The notes beneath the pieces were generated by a model. That model was given only the letters and a program-made list of their open reading frames with translations, was not told the origin of the DNA and did no database searches. A stretch of 64,000 bases of DNA, from contig JBHLKM010000001.1 in assembly GCA_048886685.1 (NCBI GenBank), positions 358,623 to 422,622 on the forward strand, written 5' to 3'. This document shows positions 1-10,026 of the stretch, piece by piece. A program made the position numbers and the translations under genes. Origin of the DNA: Candidatus Hodarchaeota archaeon. GTDB taxonomy: Archaea > Asgardarchaeota > Lokiarchaeia > Sigyniarchaeales > SOKP01. Position 1 is the first letter of the stretch; each line of letters begins with the position of its first letter.

Positions 1-506
1 TTAAAAAGTTCTGGGTTTGGTTTTTTAATCCCAATTTCATCGGAAATTACAACCAAATCAATTAAATCATCGATTTTAAGCCTTAAAATTTTTTCATATT
101 GTTTAATTGGGATTCCGTCTGTAATAATTGCTGTTTTTATTGATAATTTTCTTAATCTCTCTAAACATTCCTTAACATCGTCATATAATTGAATTGAATC
201 AACTTTTTCTTGATGATATGCCATAACTGCCGAAGCTATATATTTATAACGGCTATTATATGATATGTATTCTACCTCGTCTCTCATTTGGTTCAATCTT
301 CGAATAAAGTAATTATAATGTTTCGAAGAATTTGAACCATACTCACTTACGATTTCTCTGATTATCTGAATTGCTTTATCTCTATCCATTTTTAAACCTA
401 AGCGAATCATTGCGTCTATTCCTTTAATTCTCGCTCTTTCTGACAAGCCTGTTGAGTCAAATAAACAATCATCCAGATCAAATCCAATTAATTTTATAGA
501 ATTCAT
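1..506 (-). CDS. HAD-superfamily hydrolase (TIGR02253-like), truncated by window edge
   Basis: Manual translation from ATG at 506: MNSIKLIGFDLDDCLFDS (motif I DxD)...AIITDG (motif II)...SDEIGIKKPNPELF (motif III K); absent from ORF track because it runs off the edge. Confidence 0.9.
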   Translation of the reverse strand, partial: MNSIKLIGFDLDDCLFDSTGLSERARIKGIDAMIRLGLKMDRDKAIQIIREIVSEYGSNSSKHYNYFIRRLNQMRDEVEYISYNSRYKYIASAVMAYHQEKVDSIQLYDDVKECLERLRKLSIKTAIITDGIPIKQYEKILRLKIDDLIDLVVISDEIGIKKPNPELF

Positions 507-714
507 TGTCACAGTCAATTATTCTCTTAAATTTATAAAACTAACGTATGTTTGTTGTTTATAATAACCATCTAAAGATATTAGAGGTTAAGTAAAGATA
601 GATTTATTTAACTTTAATAATATATAATCTTTAATATTAATTTGTTTAGATTTAACATTATCAAATTAGCTGTTCTGCTTATAAATTAAAAAATTCATGA
701 TGGAGATTCATTAA

Positions 715-1824
715 TTGAAAACAGCTGTATCATTATCTTATTTCCATAGAAAAATTGGACCGTTAGTATTTTTTTCTTACCCTAAAAATACTTTAGATAA
801 GGAATTATCGGTTAAAATAGCTAATATTATGGATCAACAATATAATGAAGGATTTTTTACACATTCATTTGAAAACTTAAAATCGATGAATTACTACTTT
901 GAAATTCATTCTGATTGGGCACGTGGAAATAAAGAAATGTTAATGATTTCTATAATATTAGATCAACAAATTTCGGCAGAAGTAGAAGAAATTTTATCAA
1001 GTTTGTGTGCAGAATTTTCGGAAAGATTACAATCAAACGAGGAAATATACACAGCCTTCTATATAAAAGATTTGAATAGCTTTGATGACAATGATAAAGA
1101 AATTATAATCAAGAATGAAGCATTAATAGAAGCGTGGGTAAATGGTTTATACTGGGCGATAGTTGAATACACATGGGAAAAAACCGAAGAGGAAAAAATA
1201 GCAGTCCTATTAAATGATAAATATTTTTTTGAAACATTAGAAAAATTATCAAATGGTCCAATTACTTTAGAATGGCTAAGAGAATGGTTTATCGAAGAGT
1301 TTCCAGAAAAAGATTTAGATGAAATTATCGATACGCTAGTTGATAAACAATTTATATTTATAAATCAAATTGGGTTGGTTGAAAAATATGTACTTCTATT
1401 GAAGGAAGTTAATACTGAGAGAATACCGCCTGATAGTGTGATTGAATATATTGATGACAAACCAGAATTAATAGATTTACTCCTCCCTAAAGTTCAGGAA
1501 TACTTCAGTGAGTATGAAAAAAAAACAGAGGAGGAAATAAAACAAGACAGTTTTATCTTATTTAAAATAATGGCAGACTCTAAGAAATATAATGTTCTTT
1601 CCGAATTAAGAAATGGGTTAATTTCAAAGGATAAATTACCAAAGTTAGTTTCAAAAAAGTCACTTGATTCTTTAATGGAAAATATAGAATTTCTTAAGAA
1701 GTATGATGTAATAGAAGAATTGAATTATGATAATGAAACATATATTGTATTAAAAACAAATCTTCAAATAACCACCACCTTTCCAGAATGGATGAGAAAG
1801 TTGTTACCAAAAGAAATGGAATGA
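715..1824 (+). CDS. Asgard longin/uDENN-like protein (folliculin/SMCR8/NPRL2-like N-terminus) with probable winged-helix-like C-terminal region
   Basis: N-terminal SYFHRKIGPLVFFSYP resembles the uDENN F-x-x-x-x-GP strand; DWARGNKEMLMISII resembles the folliculin/SMCR8 ARG motif. Confidence 0.6.
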   Translation: MKTAVSLSYFHRKIGPLVFFSYPKNTLDKELSVKIANIMDQQYNEGFFTHSFENLKSMNYYFEIHSDWARGNKEMLMISIILDQQISAEVEEILSSLCAEFSERLQSNEEIYTAFYIKDLNSFDDNDKEIIIKNEALIEAWVNGLYWAIVEYTWEKTEEEKIAVLLNDKYFFETLEKLSNGPITLEWLREWFIEEFPEKDLDEIIDTLVDKQFIFINQIGLVEKYVLLLKEVNTERIPPDSVIEYIDDKPELIDLLLPKVQEYFSEYEKKTEEEIKQDSFILFKIMADSKKYNVLSELRNGLISKDKLPKLVSKKSLDSLMENIEFLKKYDVIEELNYDNETYIVLKTNLQITTTFPEWMRKLLPKEME

Positions 1825-1869
1825 AATTTATGATATTTCATTAGAAATTAATAAAATTACCAGTTTACA

Positions 1870-2127
1870 ATGCTTAATGGAGAAGAGTCCAAAGAAGATT
1901 TAAAAAACCTTTTAGGATACATGGGAATTGAAATATTATTTGCTATTGATAAAGGAGCAAAAAATTTTGAAACAATTAAATTATTTTCAGGATTACCAAT
2001 TTCATGTGTTAAAGGAAGAATTCCTGTATTACTTGAATTAAATCTAATTAAGATAGTAAAGAAAGAGCATTTTTTGACAGAGAAGGGACTCAAATTAAAA
2101 AATCAGTTAGAATTAGATTCAAATTAG
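1870..2127 (+). CDS. small winged helix-turn-helix protein
   Basis: 85 aa; IKLFSGLPISCVKGRIPVLLELNLI...HFLTEKG is a wHTH helix plus wing (LTEKG). Confidence 0.65.
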   Translation: MLNGEESKEDLKNLLGYMGIEILFAIDKGAKNFETIKLFSGLPISCVKGRIPVLLELNLIKIVKKEHFLTEKGLKLKNQLELDSN

Positions 2128-2159
2128 TTGAGTATTGGAATATAACTCTTAAATTTTAG

Positions 2160-2241
2160 GAGAAAAAATCAGATTGGGGCGACAAGAATCATCACTAAGA
2201 GCATTAGTTCTTATTGTCATAAGCTCATCATATTTCTTCTC
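2160..2241 (-). ncRNA. box C/D guide sRNA, predicted to guide 2'-O-methylation of the 23S G2251 equivalent
   Basis: Minus strand: box C ATGATGA (2231-2225), D' CTAA (2207-2204), C' GTGATGA (2195-2189), box D CTGA (2172-2169), terminal stem AGAAGAAA/TTTTTTCT; D guide ...GTCGCCCCAAT complementary to UGGGGCG. Confidence 0.8.
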
Positions 2242-2294
2242 GTGTTATAATAGTTTTTATTCTTTAATTTTTTTACGATTAAGAAATCTTCTAA

Positions 2295-2771
2295 TTAATT
2301 ATCTTTATGATTTTGATTCAATGTTTCTCGCTTCAAATCTCTAAATTTGTTTTCATAATAACCAGGTCTCTTAAAACCTCCATGTTTATCAATAAATTCT
2401 TTTAAACCGCCTTCTTTTAGGATTTGATTTTTATAAGAAGTATATTCACTAACAGATATTTCTTTACGCTTTACTAAATAATCTAAAATACCTAGTGCTT
2501 CTTCTGTTGTAGTACATCTTCTTATGAAGTCTATGGCTCCCGGGTTTATTAATTCTCTTGGATGGCGATTATTAGAATTTAAATTACGTGGGTCAATATT
2601 GGTCTTGATTGAATTGATTTTAATTAATTTCTTTTTTTCAGTTATTTCTGTTATTAAATGGGGAAAATTTTTATTAAATTCATTTTTGTCATATGTTATT
2701 GTTAAACCATTTTCTTCCTTAATAATTGGCTTTTTAGTTTCTTTTTTCTCATCGATTTTATTATTTTCCAT
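2295..2771 (-). CDS. DUF2095-family archaeal protein
   Basis: Motifs F-x-K-x-FPHL and NPGAIDFIRRCTTTEEALGILDYLVKRKEIS...GYY. Confidence 0.75.
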   Translation of the reverse strand: MENNKIDEKKETKKPIIKEENGLTITYDKNEFNKNFPHLITEITEKKKLIKINSIKTNIDPRNLNSNNRHPRELINPGAIDFIRRCTTTEEALGILDYLVKRKEISVSEYTSYKNQILKEGGLKEFIDKHGGFKRPGYYENKFRDLKRETLNQNHKDN

Positions 2772-2977
2772 TAAGACATTCCTTTATTCAAAAATTATTG
2801 AATAAGAAATAATTAAACAATATAATAAAATTATTGTTTAAAATGGAAAATGGAATTATTTATCATAAACTAGATTAATGAGAATATGAATGCATATTAT
2901 CAAAATTATTTGACCATAAAAGTAATAAAATATGCTTATTTTTAATTAATAACAATTTATAGATGTGTTAACTAAAT

Positions 2978-3562
2978 ATGAAGTCTGGATACCGGTACGT
3001 GAAAGAAACTTTTGAGAAGCACGAGAAAGGATATCAAACACCGTATTGGCAGCGTGGTATTGAATATAGAAAAGGGAAATCTATTCAAAGGGTTGAAAAA
3101 CCGACTAAAATTCACCGAGCAAGAGAATTGGGATATAAAGCTAAACAAGGATATATAGTTGTAAGAACTAAGATTCGAAAAGGAGGAATGCATAAAATCC
3201 GTCCAAAGCGAGGCAGAAAACCGAGGGCATTGGGTGTTTCTAAATACACAACAGGAAAGAATCTTCAATGGATTGCTGAAGAAAGAGTTCAAAGAAAGTA
3301 TCCAAACTTGCAAATATTAAACTCATACAAAATTTATGCCGATGGTCAACACTGGTACTACGAAGTTATTTTAGTGGATCCAAATCATCCTGTGATCAAA
3401 TCTGATCCAAAAATTAATTGGATTTGTGAATCTCAACATAAAAAAAGGGTAACTCGGGGATTAACCTCCGCTGGAAAGAGAGCAAGGGGTTTACATAAAA
3501 AAGGATGGGGATCTGAAAAATCAAGGCCAAGTATTCGAGCTAATAAAGGACGGGGTAAATAG
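2978..3562 (+). CDS. rpl15e: 50S ribosomal protein L15e
   Basis: RARELGYKAKQGY, IAEERVQRKYPNL, YEVILVDP, RGLTSAGK motifs. Confidence 0.98.
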   Translation: MKSGYRYVKETFEKHEKGYQTPYWQRGIEYRKGKSIQRVEKPTKIHRARELGYKAKQGYIVVRTKIRKGGMHKIRPKRGRKPRALGVSKYTTGKNLQWIAEERVQRKYPNLQILNSYKIYADGQHWYYEVILVDPNHPVIKSDPKINWICESQHKKRVTRGLTSAGKRARGLHKKGWGSEKSRPSIRANKGRGK

Positions 3563-3687
3563 CCTTATTCATCTTTATACTTTTAAATTAAGTTTGGCTA
3601 TAATAGGTCAAATTTCTAAAGTAAAATTATTCTCTTGTCCATATTTGAAGAACTCTATCTTAGATTTAATAAGGGAATAAAATAGAG

Positions 3688-3791
3688 CGGACCCGGCAGG
3701 ATTCGAACCTGCGACATTCAGATTAGAAGTCTGACGCCCTATTTACTCGGCTATTATAAGGAAAAAAGCCACCAGGCTAGGCTACGAGTCC
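3688..3791 (-). tRNA. tRNA-Arg(TCT) with 29-nt intron in the D-loop (3743-3771)
   Basis: Acceptor GGACTCG/CGGGTCC, anticodon arm TCAGA-CTTCTAA-TCTGA, T arm GCAGG-TTCGAAT-CCTGC; removing the intron restores GCCTAGCCTGGATAGGGC. Confidence 0.93.
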
Positions 3792-4124
3792 TTTTTTAAA
3801 TTATTAAGATTTAGAATCATATATTATCTTTAAGTTTTATTACACCGAATCCCCGTTAACTTAGAATTAAAAAGTGATTGAAAAAGTAAGTTTAACCTAA
3901 AAATAAAGATATGGTGTTTAATCTCAAAATCTAAAACGTTTTTTAACATGGAACTTCACTCAATCCTTAAGCGCTATTATGTCCGTTGAAAAAAGCTAAA
4001 ATATATTTACTTAATTAATAAATTATTAATATATTTCTTTTAATAATTGTAATTCTTAAATTAAATTTAAGACCTATGATGAATTTAATATCTTGAAGAA
4101 GTAAGTTAAAGGTGAATATCAACC

Positions 4125-4847
4125 TTGCTCAAGAAAAAGCTTTATATACATCAAAACATTCCATATGTTTTTAATTGGAATAAGGAGCACCATAAACAGA
4201 AATTTTCTCAAATAACAGCTAATCGGATTGAATTGAATAAACTTAAGGAATATTTTGGGTTAGTTTATAAAGGTATTATACCAAATAACTTATTTAATTC
4301 TGGAATTTTTCCTAGAGTTTCACAATTTAAAATAAAAGGGATAAAAACTGTTTTTATTAGAAGCTTTAGTAAAAAATTAATTAGATCTGGAAAGATACAA
4401 TATTATGATTCAAATTCTAAGTTATCTCAATATGTTCAAAGAGTTTTTGACAATTATAAAGTAAATAAAATTAATAGAATCCCTGGTCACGAACCAGTTT
4501 TAAAGAACATTCTCATTAAAGACAAAGATTCAATAGCAATTGAAGTTCCCATTTGGAATAAAATAAAAGGTAGGGTGATTACGGGACATATTGATTTACT
4601 CCAAGTTAAAAATGATTTAATAAAAGTAATTGATTACAAACCAGAAGGAAATTTTTTACTCTCATTACCTCAAGTAGCGATGTATGGACATTTATTGAAA
4701 TCTAAATTAAACATTGAAAATATTAAATGTATTTCTTTCAATAAGGATGAGGCTTGGGAATATGATCCTAGTATTTTGGTGGCAGAAATAAAGGATTATT
4801 TGATTTTTCATCAAATAAATCAAAGACCATGGGAAAATTATTTATAA
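4125..4847 (+). CDS. PD-(D/E)XK nuclease (RecB/Cas4-like superfamily)
   Basis: IAIEVP...ITGHIDLL...VIDYKP...QVAMY (E, D, DxK and QxxxY motifs). Confidence 0.8.
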   Translation: MLKKKLYIHQNIPYVFNWNKEHHKQKFSQITANRIELNKLKEYFGLVYKGIIPNNLFNSGIFPRVSQFKIKGIKTVFIRSFSKKLIRSGKIQYYDSNSKLSQYVQRVFDNYKVNKINRIPGHEPVLKNILIKDKDSIAIEVPIWNKIKGRVITGHIDLLQVKNDLIKVIDYKPEGNFLLSLPQVAMYGHLLKSKLNIENIKCISFNKDEAWEYDPSILVAEIKDYLIFHQINQRPWENYL

Positions 4848-4858
4848 AAATATTTGAG

Positions 4859-5134
4859 TTAAAGATTTTTTTCTTTTGCTTTAGAAGCCTCGAGTTCTTC
4901 TTTAGATTTTAAATAACCTTTTAATAAGAGATAACATAAAAACAGAGCGATAAATTCCACAATTAAACTAAAAAATGTTATTGCTATCCCATTAAACTCT
5001 AAATATCTTAGAAAGATTGCAACCCAAAGACCAGAAGATGCTAAAATAAAAACTATAAAACCTCTTATGATATCCATAAAAGAATTTTTTATGTAACCTA
5101 ACTCTTTCCTAATCCAAGTAAATATTGAAGACAT
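4859..5134 (-). CDS. small two-TM membrane protein
   Basis: Two hydrophobic segments, charged C-tail. Confidence 0.6.
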   Translation of the reverse strand: MSSIFTWIRKELGYIKNSFMDIIRGFIVFILASSGLWVAIFLRYLEFNGIAITFFSLIVEFIALFLCYLLLKGYLKSKEELEASKAKEKNL

Positions 5135-5242
5135 AAGAAATAATACTTGTGTTCTGATAATTCTTTAAGTAAATTAAATAAAGAATATTTTAATATCTTT
5201 CTTATTTTGAAATAAAATCTCTTTAAAGCAATTTCAGGATAT

Positions 5243-7447
5243 TTATTTCATTTTAAACTTAGAATATAATGCCTTATCTAATAAAATCCCAATTTTTTTA
5301 GCAATTTGTGTAGCAATTTCGTATCTTTCACCGTCAAGAAGATCTGGTCTATTCCCACTTACTCTTTTACTTAAAACATCAGTACTTATATCACTTACAA
5401 TTTTTTTAATTTTCTCGAAATCAGGTAATTTAATTTTTGGATCAAAGGTCTTGATTTTTTCAACTGCAAAATCAAAAAATTGACTAATTAAATCAATTGG
5501 ATCCCCTCTAAGTTCGCTATGTAGTTTAATATTTTCAGTAGCGGTTTTCGAATCTTTTTCTTGCCAATATAATTGATTCGGATTGATTCCAGGACTGTTG
5601 ATCCTCATAAGAGAGCTAGTTATTCTCCTTTCAATCCAATTTAAAGTGTTTAATTCTTGCCGCTCGCGTAATTTCTTAGCTTCTACTTCCTTTTCTTTTT
5701 CCTTTGCTTCAATCTTTTGTTCTACTTCTGCTTTTCGTAATCGCTCAAATTTTTCTAATCTTTTTATTATATCAAAACCAATACAGTAAGAGATTGGTGA
5801 AATTAAATCAGGCTTTAACTTTAAAGATGTTATATCTCTATATATCTCGCCATCATTATTTTTCAATTGGGAAATTCCCTCTTTTAAAGATATTTCAATT
5901 AATCGAGCTAAAATAAATCCATTAACCAAGAATGGCTGATTGGATGCATTTAAAACTATTACCAGCTCTTCTTGCCGCTTCTTTAATCTTTCTATTATTA
6001 ATTCTTCTAATTTAATCTTTACCCATTCTTCTGAATCTGTAGTACTAACTATTTTTTTTATTGCTAATAGGTATAATGATCTATCATTTGAAACTTTGGA
6101 ATAGAGTTCAATGATTCTACTAAGTTGTCTTAAAATTTTTGATAAAATATAGAAGAATATATCTTTCACTATTTTATTGAGTATATCTTCAAATTCAAGG
6201 ATAAATAAAATATGGGAATAATTTTTTAAATTCAATTCCTCTAAGAACACTTTATCAATAACTTGTTTCTTTTTGGAATAACCTAGATTGATTTTTCTGT
6301 CATTTATTGACATAATATCAAGTTTTTTTATATTATATCTGATCATTTTTCTTTTAACTTCTTCAGATATTTTATTATCCAAGTTTGAGAGATAGAGAAT
6401 ATTAAAAACTCCATATTTCTTCAATATATAAATTATTTCATCAAAACTGCACTCGTTTAAACACTGTAAATAATATATAAAATCATTTGGATTTTTTTTC
6501 AGTTTTTCGATTAATTCAGATTTTAAAAAAAGAAGTAATTTTTCTTCAAATTGGTCATAATTGATTTTCTCATTAAGTGCTTCTTCAATCCTTTTGATTA
6601 AAGCTTTTTTGATATTATTTGCTTCTCTAAAGGCTTTTAATCCCGGGATAGAAATAGGAAAACATTCAAAATTAAAATCCACAACTTTCCTTTTTATCAT
6701 TCTAACCGGCATTGCCTCAATTTGTAATTCTTTATAAGATTTAAATTCAAAATCTTGGCGAATTATATTAATCATTCGATCTAGTGTTGCTAATTCTATA
6801 AATTTATCCTCCTTTTCTTCTAGTTCTAGCTTTTTTTCTATATCTACGGAGATTTCTTTGAACGCAGAGCTGTCTTCTAGAATCTCCTTTTTAGTTTCAT
6901 TTGTAAGGCCTATTAGATCACCAATTAAATCATAAAAATAAAATGGAGGATAATTAAGAATTATTTCCTGCAATTCTTTTTCAATTTGATTCTCAATCTC
7001 TTTTATCATCTTTTCTTTTTGTAATTCTTGGAGATCTGTTTTTCTGACCTCAATGAGAAATGAAAGAAATCTATTTTCAAGATCTATTATCTTATTAAGA
7101 AGGCTTATTTCTAAAGAAAAAGAATTTTTTAATAGAGTTCCAACTTCCTCAATTAATATACCCTTTTCAGATAATTCTAGCTTTCTCGTTGAATCAAATG
7201 TAAATTTATTTGAATCTATTATGTTTTGTACTTTAAGACCTAAATTATGATATATATGAACGGTTGCTGTTGCTATCAATAAATCTTTAAAATTTGTATC
7301 TTGACTGGTTAGTTCAAAGATTTTAATCCTATCTGCTTCTCTTTTAAAATGAGAGATTATTAAATCAACTGTTTGAAAAAATCTGAATGTACTTTCTACT
7401 GCTGTAGTTTTTCTTTTTACCCCACTTATCATAGTCATTTCATCCAT
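5243..7447 (-). CDS. large helical/coiled-coil hypothetical protein
   Basis: 734-aa ORF, E/K-rich coiled-coil segments, overlaps upstream gene by 13 nt. Confidence 0.75.
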   Translation of the reverse strand: MDEMTMISGVKRKTTAVESTFRFFQTVDLIISHFKREADRIKIFELTSQDTNFKDLLIATATVHIYHNLGLKVQNIIDSNKFTFDSTRKLELSEKGILIEEVGTLLKNSFSLEISLLNKIIDLENRFLSFLIEVRKTDLQELQKEKMIKEIENQIEKELQEIILNYPPFYFYDLIGDLIGLTNETKKEILEDSSAFKEISVDIEKKLELEEKEDKFIELATLDRMINIIRQDFEFKSYKELQIEAMPVRMIKRKVVDFNFECFPISIPGLKAFREANNIKKALIKRIEEALNEKINYDQFEEKLLLFLKSELIEKLKKNPNDFIYYLQCLNECSFDEIIYILKKYGVFNILYLSNLDNKISEEVKRKMIRYNIKKLDIMSINDRKINLGYSKKKQVIDKVFLEELNLKNYSHILFILEFEDILNKIVKDIFFYILSKILRQLSRIIELYSKVSNDRSLYLLAIKKIVSTTDSEEWVKIKLEELIIERLKKRQEELVIVLNASNQPFLVNGFILARLIEISLKEGISQLKNNDGEIYRDITSLKLKPDLISPISYCIGFDIIKRLEKFERLRKAEVEQKIEAKEKEKEVEAKKLRERQELNTLNWIERRITSSLMRINSPGINPNQLYWQEKDSKTATENIKLHSELRGDPIDLISQFFDFAVEKIKTFDPKIKLPDFEKIKKIVSDISTDVLSKRVSGNRPDLLDGERYEIATQIAKKIGILLDKALYSKFKMK

Positions 7448-9735
7448 TCTCTATAGACTTCTTTAAAATTATCTGACAATTCAAATCTTACATTATTATG
7501 CCAAAACTTAAAATCTATAACATGAAAAAGATCTCCCTTAAATAATTCCTTTTCTTCATTTGTTAGATTATGTTTTAAAATCAATGTAAGAGGCCTTGGA
7601 ACAAGCTTTGAAAAATATTTTAGATCCATATTTTTAATATAATTATAGAAAGTTACTTTATCATTAATTTTGAAGAATTCAATAGGTATCAATTTCTCTT
7701 TTTGAAAACTTTTTAAAATAAGTTCATTTTTGACTTTATCTTTAACATATTTTGGAAATTCTTCATTAATTCCTATGCTTAATTCATATTGTTTATAAAA
7801 CTCAAGAAGGTAGTTTTTTTCCTCAGGAGTAGCTACTTTTGCAACATAAGAATCTAAGAATTCTAAAAATTTCTCATGTTTCTGTTCATTTCGTTCTCGT
7901 TCTTCAAGATATTGTAAAAAGTCATGATAAATCTCAGTTAAAGCCCAATCTCTCTTATTTTCAATTTTTAAGAATTTCTTAGTATAATCGACGATCCACT
8001 GTAAAACATAAGACTTCCATTCTAAATTAATCCCTCCAATTCTCTTCTCTAGAAAACGATGAAATTTATTTGCAAAACTAACAGGATCTGTTACATCATT
8101 ACCTGTTTCATCTTTAATATAACGATTGATTGTCGAATGTCTTAAGATATAACTTAAAAGATAATTCAGTTCGTTTGAAAACCTTTTAAATTTATCTATA
8201 TGTATTCTAATCACATTAATATCACCTTCCATCTGGACTTCAGCAAATGAAACTAAATCTTCAATTTTCAGATGGATGTTATCAAAGAATGATTCAACAT
8301 TATTATTAACTAATCTATTAAACTGTTCTACTAGTTTTTGCTCATTAAAGTGAATATTTTTTCTTAAAGTTATTGCCTCGATTTCAATTTGATTTAAAAG
8401 GTCTTCTTGAAACTTTTCTATTAGTCTAATACCTAATATTTTTGCGGGTTTTTGTTCTTCATTAAATTGTTGTTTAAGTTTCTCGATTAATTCACTTGTT
8501 AATGTTATCAAGCGACGAAGGGAAAGATAATCCGGAAGAGATATTTTTATTAAATCTAAACTTTTCTTGTTAATTTCAGAGAAATAGTTAAAAACAGATC
8601 TTAATTCTGCAACTCTTATTTTTTCCTTTTGAATAACTGTCTGTTTGATAAATCCAATCGCAATATTACACATCTCTTCAAAATTTTTATCTTCTAATTT
8701 TCCTTTATTAACAATAAATTGTTTAAATTTCATTAAAATGTCAATTAAATCTCCCATTTCTCCAGAAGTGAGAAACATGTTTGAATATTCTAAAAATTTA
8801 TTTAAATACCCTTCTATAGTTAGTAAAATATTATTACATTTAGCAACTAACCATTCTCCTGTGTGAGGTTCCGTAAGACTATCGATTTCTATTCTGATAA
8901 GATTAATCAAGTATTTAATTATTTCATCCTGAAATTCGTCTAAAGTACCAGTATTTGCTAAATTCATAAGACTTGTTCCAAGATTTAAGGTTTTATCGAT
9001 AATAAAATTAGCACTAGGTTCAGATATTGAATATTTGAGATGTTCTATTGCTTGTTGCCCCTCGAAAGGTGTCTTAATTTTTTCAAATTTGGAATCTAAT
9101 AAATTTATCTCAAGTGGTCTTTTATTCCATAAAATATCAACATTAGATGTAATTTTTGCATATGGATTTAACATTTCTTTTTCCGTTGGGAGTGAGGTAC
9201 TTAACCCGATTAATTTCTTATTCCATTTATCTTCAATTAGTTCTCCAAAAAGTTTTTTACTAAATCTCGAAGCAAATTTATCATAGAAATGTTGTCTATT
9301 AATATTCGTAAATTCTGGGCGATCTGCAAATTCTTCAACTTCATAAAATAATTTACTTATATTATTTATAGAGCTTCTTGATTTATGGACATCTAAATAC
9401 CCTGTTTCTGGTTTTAAAGCTAGAAGCAAACTTTCGCATTCTTTAAACTTTCCTGGTATAAAAATCATCGATTTGGGATAAATATTTGTTTTTGCGCTTT
9501 CTTCATCTAAATTATATAAATCAAATTCAATACTGAACACTTCTGCTCCAGTATAATCTCTCAATATGGCATTATACATTGTTAAAAATTGAATTACCTC
9601 TCTTGAGAGTTCATTAACTTTATTTCTTGTTAATCTTCCAGGGCCAATTACATCCCCCGCTACAAAATCATTTGGAGATGAATATCCAAATATTAAAGAA
9701 AATTGATAATTTATAGATTCTCGAGTAGTTATCAT
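7435..9735 (-). CDS. large hypothetical protein (alpha/beta N-terminus, long helical C-terminus)
   Basis: 766-aa ORF, no recognisable catalytic motif. Confidence 0.75.
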   Translation of the reverse strand: MITTRESINYQFSLIFGYSSPNDFVAGDVIGPGRLTRNKVNELSREVIQFLTMYNAILRDYTGAEVFSIEFDLYNLDEESAKTNIYPKSMIFIPGKFKECESLLLALKPETGYLDVHKSRSSINNISKLFYEVEEFADRPEFTNINRQHFYDKFASRFSKKLFGELIEDKWNKKLIGLSTSLPTEKEMLNPYAKITSNVDILWNKRPLEINLLDSKFEKIKTPFEGQQAIEHLKYSISEPSANFIIDKTLNLGTSLMNLANTGTLDEFQDEIIKYLINLIRIEIDSLTEPHTGEWLVAKCNNILLTIEGYLNKFLEYSNMFLTSGEMGDLIDILMKFKQFIVNKGKLEDKNFEEMCNIAIGFIKQTVIQKEKIRVAELRSVFNYFSEINKKSLDLIKISLPDYLSLRRLITLTSELIEKLKQQFNEEQKPAKILGIRLIEKFQEDLLNQIEIEAITLRKNIHFNEQKLVEQFNRLVNNNVESFFDNIHLKIEDLVSFAEVQMEGDINVIRIHIDKFKRFSNELNYLLSYILRHSTINRYIKDETGNDVTDPVSFANKFHRFLEKRIGGINLEWKSYVLQWIVDYTKKFLKIENKRDWALTEIYHDFLQYLEERERNEQKHEKFLEFLDSYVAKVATPEEKNYLLEFYKQYELSIGINEEFPKYVKDKVKNELILKSFQKEKLIPIEFFKINDKVTFYNYIKNMDLKYFSKLVPRPLTLILKHNLTNEEKELFKGDLFHVIDFKFWHNNVRFELSDNFKEVYREWMK

Positions 9736-10026
9736 AATTTAATATCAATAGAGCTTAGTTGATAAATAAATAAAACTTCAGTATTAATTATTTTTGCACA
9801 ATACTTCTTATATTTTTAAGAGTTGCCTTAAATATTTTTAAGTTTATATAATATTAAAATTTACTTTTGAGTAGATTGTTGTTATAAAACGTAGAATTCT
9901 TGAATGGATTGCGCTTTAGAATCTCTTTTCGCATTGAAATATAAAAATAAAAATATAATAAGTAAAATTATTATTATAAATATAACAATCAATATTAATT
10001 CCTTTAAGCAATAAAGGTGGAGACTC

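Noticed and set aside
2177-2226. Hairpin first considered as a SECIS element or terminator
   Set aside because: No GA quartet partner and no neighbouring gene with a readthrough TGA; box C/D sRNA explains it better
4076-4082. Isolated ATGATGA box C-like motif
   Set aside because: No box D or C'/D' at suitable spacing
4125-4847. Cas4/CRISPR association of the nuclease
   Set aside because: No Cas4 Cys cluster, no other cas genes and no repeat-spacer array in the window
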